DNA of 32,801 nt, taken from the NCBI GenBank assembly GCA_947502425.1, contig CANMZY010000001.1:1-32801 (forward strand). The letters are read 5' to 3'. Positions 25,155 to 32,224 of the stretch are shown here, in pieces. The position numbers were made by a program, and so were the translations under genes. The notes under the pieces were generated by a model. It ran no database searches and was not told the origin of the DNA. It worked only from the letters and a program-made list of their open reading frames with translations. Source of the stretch: Verrucomicrobiales bacterium (GTDB taxonomy: Bacteria; Verrucomicrobiota; Verrucomicrobiia; Limisphaerales; SIBH01). Every line of letters begins with the position of its first letter. Position 1 is the stretch's first letter.

Positions 25155-25964
25155 TCACAGCTCAATCTTGCCATCGAAGCAAAAATCCGCCGGGCCGTTC
25201 AGCCGCACGTCGGTGAACGCGCCGTCCTTCGCGGTGAAAGTCACTTCGAGCGTGTCGCCGCCCTGCACCTGCACTTTCACGGGCGAGGAAAATCCGTGGA
25301 CGCGCGAGGAGATGAGCGCCGAGGCCGTGACGCCGGTGCCGCAGGCGAGGGTCTCGCCTTCGACACCGCGTTCATAAGTGCGGACGCGAATGTGATTTGG
25401 ACCGAGCACCTGCACGAAGTTCACGTTCGTGCCCTTCGGCGCGAAGTGCGGATGAAAACGAATCTCGCGTCCGAGTTGCGCGACCATCGCCTGGTCGGCG
25501 TCCGGCACGAAGAGCACGGCCTGCGGCACGCCGGTGTTGAGCGAGTGAATCGTGGCGGGACCGTTCGCCAGCGGCACGGTCTGGCCGAGGCGCAGATCCT
25601 TCGGGGCCGTGAGGCCGACGGTCACACGCTCGCCGGTGAAATGCGCGGTGATGACGCCCGCGACCGTCTCGAAAGTGATGTCGCGACCCGCGCCGGTTTG
25701 GCGCTGAATGTAGCGGGCGAAACAGCGCGCCCCGTTGCCGCACATTTCGGCGCGGCTGCCGTCGTTGTTGTAGAACTCCCACGCCCAGTCGGCCTGCCCG
25801 CTGGCGCACGGCACCAGCAGCATCACGCCATCGGCGCCCACGCCGCGCTGGCGGTCGCACAGGCGGACGACCTGCGCGGTGGTGAGGGAAATTTTTTGCG
25901 CGCGATTGTCGATGAGCACAAAATCATTCCCGGCCCCGTTCATTTTCACAAAATCCAAATTCAT
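25155..25964 (-). CDS. dapF: diaminopimelate epimerase
   Basis: MNGAGNDFVLIDNR, CGNGARCFARY and the second catalytic-Cys segment (ETLACGTGVTA). Full-length DapF similarity. Confidence 0.95.
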   Translation of the reverse strand: MNLDFVKMNGAGNDFVLIDNRAQKISLTTAQVVRLCDRQRGVGADGVMLLVPCASGQADWAWEFYNNDGSRAEMCGNGARCFARYIQRQTGAGRDITFETVAGVITAHFTGERVTVGLTAPKDLRLGQTVPLANGPATIHSLNTGVPQAVLFVPDADQAMVAQLGREIRFHPHFAPKGTNVNFVQVLGPNHIRVRTYERGVEGETLACGTGVTASALISSRVHGFSSPVKVQVQGGDTLEVTFTAKDGAFTDVRLNGPADFCFDGKIEL

Positions 25965-25981
25965 GCGAAAGGAAGTTAAGG

Positions 25982-26009
25982 GGAAAGCGGAAAGTTGAAA
26001 GTTGAAAAT
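25982..26009. repeat. heptad array (minus strand: TTCAACT TTCAACT TTCCGCT TTCC..) in the dapF 5' leader
   Basis: The plus strand reads ggaaagc ggaaagt tgaaagt tgaaaat. It lies 18-45 nt upstream of the dapF ATG (25964). Confidence 0.55.
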
Positions 26010-26046
26010 GGGCGCGGATGGAACGCGCGACAGGGAGTTGGCGGGT

Positions 26047-26316
26047 TCAGAGTTTGTAAAGATCGTGCGTGCCGATGTCCACCGTGCGAATCATTTCACC
26101 GTCGAGATAGAGGATCACACGCAGATCGGCTTCGAGGTCCGCCGCGTAGACCGTGCGACCCAAGGCGGCCGAGAGGTGATGGATTTTGTGAGTGCGCAGC
26201 CGTGGATCGAATAGATCATTTTTGAAAATTTTCTAGGCTACGCGGGCGGATTCCTTCTGGCCCGGACTCAGATCGTAGAAATGCTTCCAGAAAGTTTCTG
26301 AGGCACGGAATTTCAT
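26047..26316 (-). pseudogene. RelE/ParE-superfamily toxin gene interrupted by an in-frame TAG (codon 28)
   Basis: Hand translation from ATG 26316 gives MKFRASETFWKHFYDLSPGQKESARVA-TAG(26233-26235)-KIFKNDLFDPRLRTHKIHHLSAALGRTVYAADLEADLRVILYLDGEMIRTVDIGTHDLYKL, with the stop at 26047-26049. The ATG overlaps the antitoxin stop (ATGA). The H.L.....G......I..D.R.I......IGTHD.Y pattern is typical of RelE/StbE-like toxins. Confidence 0.75.
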
Positions 26317-26555
26317 TTGCGACCAGGAGGCCGGTCATGCAGCGCCGTTTCCATGTCCACCGTCCGGTCGCCCTCATGGTCTTCCACGCCCTGCCAGAAA
26401 GCTTCGGGAACGTCTGGGTGTTGCAGACGGCGCAGGAACCGCTCCAGGGATTTGCGCTCCGCCGTGGTCGATTCGCGGATGGTTGCCTCGACGACATAGG
26501 CGCGTTCCCGGACGGTAAGCGCTATCATTTCTTCGATGAGTCGGGCCGCTGTCAT
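26313..26555 (-). CDS. putative antitoxin (81 aa) of the RelE/ParE-type module
   Basis: MTAARLIEEMIALTVRERAYVVEATIRESTTAERKSLERFLRRLQHPDVPEAFW... is small and helical. It sits upstream of, and is translationally coupled to, the toxin remnant. The family assignment comes from context only. Confidence 0.65.
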   Translation of the reverse strand: MTAARLIEEMIALTVRERAYVVEATIRESTTAERKSLERFLRRLQHPDVPEAFWQGVEDHEGDRTVDMETALHDRPPGRK

Positions 26556-26561
26556 GGTCTT

Positions 26562-26590
26562 AGTAAATCGCAATTTCTCGCATGAGTCAA
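26562..26590 (-). promoter_or_regulatory. possible sigma70-like promoter of the antitoxin operon (TTGACT-17 nt-TTTACT), near-leaderless
   Basis: The minus strand reads TTGACT catgcgagaaattgcga TTTACT aagacc ATG. The spacer contains the direct repeat TCGCA-N5-TCGCA (plus-strand reading), a possible operator. Promoter rules for this phylum are poorly known. Confidence 0.3.
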
Positions 26591-26760
26591 CGGGGGGCGA
26601 GCGCATGGCAATGTCACTGCCGGCGCGGACGGCTCGCTTGAGGGGGCGGTTTGCGAATGTCTTCCTGAGTCGTGATGTCGTTCATGCGATTTCCAACTTT
26701 GCGTCGTTAATTAAAGAGCTTTACAGCCCTTGGCCAGTCCGCAAATCATGCGGCTTGTCT

Positions 26761-28782
26761 GTGACTCAAACGCAACGCGACAGACCGGCCGATTCCTCGG
26801 CTGAACCAATTTCCGGCCGGACTGTTTCCGCCGCCGAGGCCGCCATCAAGCGGTCGCAAGATTTTCTGCTCGGCGAACAAAAGCCCGAGGGCTATTGGGT
26901 CGGTGAACTGATCGTTGATTCCACGCTGGTCTCGGACATGGTCGCCTACCATCACTGGAACGGGAAGGTGGACCGGGCCTGGGAGCGCAAGGCGGTGAAT
27001 CATTTGTTCTCGATGCAACTGCCGGACGGCGGCTGGAACATCTACTACGGCGGTCCCGCCGAGGTGAACGCCACCATCAAGGCCTACCTCGCGCTCAAAC
27101 TGGCCGGGAACTCCGTCACCGATCCCCGGATGCTGCGCGCCCGCGAGATCGCCAACAACCTGGGCGGCGTGCCGCGCATGAACACGTTTTCCAAGCTCTA
27201 CCTCGCCCTCATCGGCCTGTTCCCGTGGGAGTATGTCCCGACCATCCCCAGCGAGGTCATCCTCATCGGCAAATGGTTTCATGTAAACTTCCACGACATG
27301 AGCAACTGGTCGCGCTCCATGCTCGTGCCGCTTTCCATCATCAACCATTTCCAGCCGACCCGCCCCCTGCAGAACGGCGTCACCCTCGACGAGCTTTATC
27401 CCCACGGTCGCCACGCGCGCGATCTCGCGCCAGTCCCCGATCCCCAGCCCTTCACCCTGCGGAACTTTTTCCTCTGGCTGGACAGCCTCCACAAATTTGT
27501 CGAACGCAACAAGCTTCGCCCCTTCCGGAAATTCGCGCTCCAGAAGGCCGAGCAGTGGATGCTGGAGCGCTTTGAAGGTTCGCACGGTCTCTGCGCCATT
27601 TTCCCCGCGATGCTCAACGCGCTCATCGCGCTCAAGGCCCTCGGCTATGCGGACAATCATCCTCAGGTCGTCCGCGCCGAAATGGAGTTGAAGAAGCTCG
27701 AACACGAAACCGCCGACACCGTCCGCATCGAGCCGTGCTTTTCACCCGTCTGGGACACGGCCATCGTCGCCATCTGCCTGCACGAGTCCGGCGTCCCCGC
27801 CGAACACCCCGCGCTGGATAAGTGCGCCGACTGGCTGATGGAAAAGGAAATTCGTTTCCGTGGTGACTGGACCTACAAAAACCCGGCCAACGTCGAGCCG
27901 AGCGGCTGGGTTTTCGAGTATGAGAATAAATGGAACCCGGACGTGGACGACACCGCGATGGTGCTGCTGGCGCTCCGCAAAATTCCGACGAACAATCCAA
28001 ACCGGCGCGACGAATGTTTCCAGCGCGGGTTGAAGTGGATGCTCACCTTCCAGTGCAAGGACGGCGGCTGGGCGGCCTTCGACAAGGACTGCACCAAGGG
28101 CATTCTCGAAAAAGTCCCCTTTGCCGACCACAACGCGATGCTCGATCCCGAATGTGCCGACATCACCGCGCGCATTCTCGAACTGCTCGGCTACGAAAAT
28201 TTCGACCGGAAAAATCCGCAAATTCAAAAGGCGCTCGAATATCTGCGCGAGGAACAGGAGGACGACGGCTCATGGTACGGACGCTGGGGCGTGAATTACA
28301 TTTACGGAACGTGGCAAGTGCTGCGCGGCCTGCGCGCGCTCCACCTCGACATGAACCAGCCCTGGCTCCTCAAGGGTCGCGACTGGCTGGAGAGCGTCCA
28401 GCACACGGACGGCGGCTGGGGCGAACGCTGCAACACCTACGACGACCCTGTTTTCAAAGGCCAGGGACCGAGCACCGCGTCCCAGACCGCCTGGGCCGTG
28501 ATGGGCCTGCTCGCCTTCGATGATCCGCATCTGCCCAGCGTCCAGCGCGGCATCGAATATCTCACCCGCACGCAGAACACGGACGGTTCGTGGACGGAAC
28601 ACGAAATCACCGGCACCGGTTTTCCGAAAGTGTTTTACCTGAAGTACGACATGTATCGGAACAGTTGGCCGTTGCTGGCGCTGGCCACCTATCAAAATCT
28701 CCTCAACCGCGCGGCGGCCAACAGCAACGGCCAGTCCCATCACCTGTCGGAATCGTTGGAGCCGGCGCCGGCCGGGAGGTGA
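26761..28782 (+). CDS. shc: squalene-hopene cyclase
   Basis: DVDDTA (DxDD catalytic motif, 27940-27951), multiple QW-type repeats (e.g. QNTDGSWTE, REEQEDDGSWYGRWG) and full-length SHC similarity. The GTG at 26761 is preferred as start: 26605-26760 has visibly lower third-position GC and an AT-rich stretch, and ATG 26536 would overlap the divergent antitoxin gene. ATG 26605 remains possible. Confidence 0.9.
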   Translation: MTQTQRDRPADSSAEPISGRTVSAAEAAIKRSQDFLLGEQKPEGYWVGELIVDSTLVSDMVAYHHWNGKVDRAWERKAVNHLFSMQLPDGGWNIYYGGPAEVNATIKAYLALKLAGNSVTDPRMLRAREIANNLGGVPRMNTFSKLYLALIGLFPWEYVPTIPSEVILIGKWFHVNFHDMSNWSRSMLVPLSIINHFQPTRPLQNGVTLDELYPHGRHARDLAPVPDPQPFTLRNFFLWLDSLHKFVERNKLRPFRKFALQKAEQWMLERFEGSHGLCAIFPAMLNALIALKALGYADNHPQVVRAEMELKKLEHETADTVRIEPCFSPVWDTAIVAICLHESGVPAEHPALDKCADWLMEKEIRFRGDWTYKNPANVEPSGWVFEYENKWNPDVDDTAMVLLALRKIPTNNPNRRDECFQRGLKWMLTFQCKDGGWAAFDKDCTKGILEKVPFADHNAMLDPECADITARILELLGYENFDRKNPQIQKALEYLREEQEDDGSWYGRWGVNYIYGTWQVLRGLRALHLDMNQPWLLKGRDWLESVQHTDGGWGERCNTYDDPVFKGQGPSTASQTAWAVMGLLAFDDPHLPSVQRGIEYLTRTQNTDGSWTEHEITGTGFPKVFYLKYDMYRNSWPLLALATYQNLLNRAAANSNGQSHHLSESLEPAPAGR

Positions 28783-28789
28783 GTCATCG

Positions 28790-29325
28790 CTAATCTTTCA
28801 ACTGCCTGCCGGGCGGTTGATCCTTGTCAGTCAACTGCACGTCGGGATGGTAGAAGTATTGCGTCCCGAAGTAGTGATTGAAGATCATGCGGAAGGAGTT
28901 CACCGGCGTGATCCCCTCGTAAACCCAGCCCGGCTGCGCTCCGGGCAGATGGTAGGCGTTGAGGATGGTCGTTGCTTCGTTTGTTCGGTTCGTCCCCTGT
29001 AAAGAGCGGAAGCCGTGGTCGCCCTGCAGCACAATGATTGGCGGCTTTTTGGGTTTCGAGAGGATGTTGGCCATGACATTGGTCACCAGTTGATTCACGT
29101 AAATGAGCTGCTCTATATAATCGTCCTTGTTCAGTTCACGTCCGAAACCCTTGTTCAACGGCCGGCCGTGGCGGTCGAAAAAAACGGCTGATGCGGCATC
29201 ATTAGATGGGCGTAGATGAAACGCGGCTCCTTTGCCGAGCCGGACGCGGTGGCGGCTGCCTGCAGGGCGTCCAGAACCCGCTGGCTGGCGTTCAGTAAAA
29301 CGACAATTACCCTTCCTCTGGGGAA
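28790..29325 (-). pseudogene. 5'-truncated, frameshifted fragment of a sulfatase-like (alkaline-phosphatase superfamily) membrane protein paralog
   Basis: The C-terminal frame reads FFDRHGRPLNKGFGRELNKDDYIEQLIYVNQLVTNVMANILSKPKKPPIIVLQGDHGF...ITPVNSFRMIFNHYF, parallel to residues about 360-480 of the intact paralog at 29385..30878. The upstream frame reads NASQRVLDALQAAATASGSAKEPRFIYAHLMMPHQPFF. The two frames join if the A7 run at 29178-29184 were A8. There is no start codon or N-terminal two thirds. Confidence 0.7.
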
Positions 29326-29384
29326 TTATAATTGTCATTGTAGGTGCACGGCCCGGATCGGATACTGTATAGCATAAAAAAACT

Positions 29385-30878
29385 TTGATGTCGCGACTCT
29401 TGAAAAATACCCCCGGATGGGGGGCACCACTGCTGGTGTCGGCCTTCTTCAGCCTTGAATGCTTCGTCGAACTGAAGCCCTTTGGCACTTTGCCGGGCCT
29501 GGCGCTCACGTTTGCAGTGTCGGCTGCCGCCGGACTGATGGCTTATCTGGCGGCTCGATTGATCTTGCGCGACCGGGAAAAAGCCGCGCTATGGACGACC
29601 GTCTTTCTCCTGACCTTTTATTTCTTTAGCTATATACTTACGGTGCTCCACGATATTCCCGCTGTGCGAAACGGGAGCCGCCGCTACGTGCTGTTGGCGC
29701 TCGGCTGTAGCTGGGCAATATTGCTGGCGGCATTGAAGGGGAAACGCTTGTGGGCGCCAGCGCTTCGGCAATTCAGCACAATTGCCCTCCTGCTATTGAT
29801 TGCCTATGGTGGTATGCGAGCGCTGCTGCCGGTGCCACCCCCCCCAACATGGGGAGGGAATCGAGCGCCGTTTCATATCTCAAAAGACTCGCCAGATATT
29901 TACTACATCATCCTGGACGGGCACACGAGCCCCGAAAGTCTTCAGCGATATTGGAATTACGATGCCTCGTGGTTCGTGCAGGCGCTGAACCGGGCGGGCT
30001 TTCACGTGGTATCGAATGCCCAGGCGAACCTTGATTCCACGGCCTATTGCATGGCGACCACGTTTAATATGAAATTTCCGCCGAAGATGCCGCATGAGTG
30101 GAAGTCGTTTGCGCGTGGGGCATACATCATGCGCTGCGTTGAGAATGGAGATGCCAAGCGGTTGCTGAAGGACGCAGGATACAAAGTTATCGAGTTGTCG
30201 ATCTTCCCCGGACTGGATGGCGCGCCGCCCGCTTATCGCCATTCGAGCGCCTTGTCGATCACGGTTCCCGGCTTGGCGCTGATGAAAACGCCACTCGGAC
30301 ACGCGGCGGAACATGTGTGGGTGCGGCAACAAGGCAACAGCAGCATACGCATGATCGAGAAACTGCAGGATATCGTTGCCACCCCCAGTGCTGCGCCCCG
30401 CTTCATCTACGCCCATATTCTCCTCCCACATGCTCCCTATTTTTTTGACCGGGATGGAAATCAAATTCTCAAGGGAGTTGGACCGGAATTTCGCGACGCC
30501 ACGAAGGATGACTACCTTAACCAGCTTATTTACGTGGACCGGGTGGTCACCAACGCGTTAGCCAGAATTCTTGCGACGGCGAAACGGCCTCCCGTAATCG
30601 TTATCCAGAGCGACCACGGATTTCGCAATCTGTCGCCACGCGAGGCCAGAGACGCAGAATCGTTAACGATCCTAAACGCCATGCTCCTTCCGCCGGGTAT
30701 TGGCAATGCAGAGCCGTACTCGGGAATCACACCAGTGAACACGTTCCGACTTTTGTTTAACCGTTATTTCAGTACCCGGCTGGCGTATGTTCCGGACCAT
30801 TCTGCCGCGGCAGCCACGCTGTCGTCCCATGGTGCCGAGCACAGTCAGACACCTTATTCTAATTCGCTTCCAAGATGA
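29385..30878 (+). CDS. membrane-anchored sulfatase-like hydrolase/transferase (alkaline-phosphatase superfamily)
   Basis: Several hydrophobic helices occupy the N-terminal 160 aa. They are followed by PDIYYIILDGHTS, HILLPHAPYFFD and VIVIQSDHGF, metal- and nucleophile-site motifs typical of the sulfatase/LtaS/EptA-like fold. Substrate unknown. Confidence 0.85.
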   Translation: MMSRLLKNTPGWGAPLLVSAFFSLECFVELKPFGTLPGLALTFAVSAAAGLMAYLAARLILRDREKAALWTTVFLLTFYFFSYILTVLHDIPAVRNGSRRYVLLALGCSWAILLAALKGKRLWAPALRQFSTIALLLLIAYGGMRALLPVPPPPTWGGNRAPFHISKDSPDIYYIILDGHTSPESLQRYWNYDASWFVQALNRAGFHVVSNAQANLDSTAYCMATTFNMKFPPKMPHEWKSFARGAYIMRCVENGDAKRLLKDAGYKVIELSIFPGLDGAPPAYRHSSALSITVPGLALMKTPLGHAAEHVWVRQQGNSSIRMIEKLQDIVATPSAAPRFIYAHILLPHAPYFFDRDGNQILKGVGPEFRDATKDDYLNQLIYVDRVVTNALARILATAKRPPVIVIQSDHGFRNLSPREARDAESLTILNAMLLPPGIGNAEPYSGITPVNTFRLLFNRYFSTRLAYVPDHSAAAATLSSHGAEHSQTPYSNSLPR

Positions 30879-30902
30879 GACTAAACATGGTAGCGTCTGG
30901 GC

Positions 30903-31241
30903 ATGGCAAGACCACGACGGATTGATCCATACATCGTGAAGCGGGCGCAAATAATCGCCGCGACCTCAACTTCGGTCGCGTCGCTGCGACAAGGTCAGGC
31001 TGTGCTGCTGCCCGCCTTGTTTGGGGCGACTCTTGAGCAAGCTGCGGATGTCCTGGGGGTGGGCCGTGCGACCGTGGCGCGACTCCAAGTCGCCTTTCGC
31101 AAGCAGGAGGTGGCGGGGCCAACGGCCACTCGCAACTGGGGCGGGCGACGAAAATCCCCGCTCACCCCGGAGGAAGAAATCGCCTTCTTGAAACCTTGGT
31201 TGGACAGTGCCGCCACTGGCAATCTGGTGGTGGTTTCTCCG
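30903..31241 (+). mobile_element. remnant of an IS630-like transposase gene (N-terminal helix-turn-helix part only)
   Basis: The pattern ...ATLEQAADVLGVGRATVARLQVAFRKQ...RNWGGRRKSPLTPEEEIAFLKPWLDSAATGNLVVVSP matches the HTH N-termini of IS630-family transposases as I recall them. After about aa 113 the listed ORF simply reads the antisense of the neighbouring truncated gene. No DDE domain or terminal repeats were identified. Confidence 0.5.
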
Positions 31242-31249
31242 ATGCGAGC

Positions 31250-32224
31250 GCCCCGGCGTTCTTCAAGTTGTGCCTCAAGTAATAGTTCTGCACGAAGCCG
31301 GCCACGGATTTCTTGATGATGATTTCAGTGAGCGTCGTGTAATCCATGAACGGGTATTCATAGAAAGGCGGATAGGCGGCCACTTCAAAAAGGGAGAGAT
31401 TGAGGACCTTGTAGTCGGCCTCTTCCAATTTCAACGGCACGCGGGCGCGGTCGATGATCTCCGACAGGCGGTTCTGTTCGGCGTAATCATTGATGCCCGG
31501 CAGGGCGGGGCGCGGGTAGTTCATGTTCAACGAGACGCTCATGCAGCAGGGCGTGGCGCCATAATTTCCCCGCGCATTTTTCACGACCTGAAAGCCGTGG
31601 CCGGTCAGGAAGTTCACGAACTCCGAATTGTCATGGCCCCAGTAGGCCTGCAGGCTTTCCGCGCTGGTGTAGGCGTCCAGCAAAATGTAGTAGATGTCCG
31701 GGGCGTTGGCGGGCGCGACCAGCGGCTTCTGCTCGTTCGGATCATGGGGCGCGTGACGCCGGGAGGCCAGCGGCAGCGGGTGGGTGACGATTTGGAAAAC
31801 CGTGAACGCGAACGCCAGGCTGGTGGCGATGTTCAGGTAGATTTTCACCCGGCGCAGGGTGCGCTGGGTGCGAACCACCAGCCACGCCGCCGTCCCGAAC
31901 ACGATGCCCAGCAGCAGGAACACATAACGGGAGCGGGCCAGTTCGGGCCACGGCAGATGGCCCAGGTAATTCCTGATCACGCCTTCCAGGTAGCCGAAGA
32001 AACAAAACAGGATGACGCACAGCGTGCGTCAGAATCGCGGCCTTGAACCCCTCCGGAAAAGCAAGTCGGAAGACCCGATAGACCAGATAAATCAGGCCCA
32101 ATGTCAGCGTCATCAGTCCCAGCAATTCCTGCCAGTTGGTGAAGGGCTGAACCTCATGAAAGCACATGAGTACATACATCGCCCCGAACATGAACGGATG
32201 AATGACCGGCGGAGTCTTGTTCAT
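31250..32224 (-). pseudogene. sulfatase-like membrane protein paralog, frameshifted (about 32029-32033) and 3'-truncated at the IS remnant
   Basis: ORF 31742..32224 gives the N-terminal helices (MNKTPPVIHPFMFGAMYVLMCFHEVQPF...FPEGFKAAIL). A second frame then continues with RTLCVILFCFFGYLEGVIRNYLGHLPW...PDIYYILLDAYTSAESLQAYW... (ORF 31162..31980), collinear with the intact paralog. Homology stops near 31250, so the HxPHxPY and DHG motifs are missing. Confidence 0.7.

Noticed and set aside
26002-26214. 70-aa plus-strand ORF in the dapF-upstream region.
   Set aside because: It is the antisense shadow of the RelE/ParE-like toxin frame, which explains the region far better.
26233-26235. Possibility that the in-frame TAG in the toxin is decoded (pyrrolysine or suppression) rather than terminating.
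   Set aside because: No sign of Pyl machinery in the window. TAG is used as an ordinary stop here (e.g. folK at 22420-22422, the S8 protease at 20481-20483). A single TGG-to-TAG mutation is the simpler explanation.
29358-29372. TACTGTATAGCA upstream of the intact sulfatase-like gene as a LexA/SOS box.
   Set aside because: It has the CTGT half-site only, with no matching ACAG half-site at the required spacing.
28790-29509. The listed 239-aa ORF as a genuine gene.
   Set aside because: Only its C-terminal about 135 aa are homologous to the paralog. The N-terminal about 100 aa are out-of-frame or antisense read-through across the neighbouring gene's promoter and start.
30903-31316. The listed 137-aa ORF as an intact small HTH regulator.
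   Set aside because: The last about 24 codons (MRAPRRSSSCASSNSSARSRPRIS) are the antisense of the truncated sulfatase-like gene. The ORF is a fusion artefact at a deletion junction.
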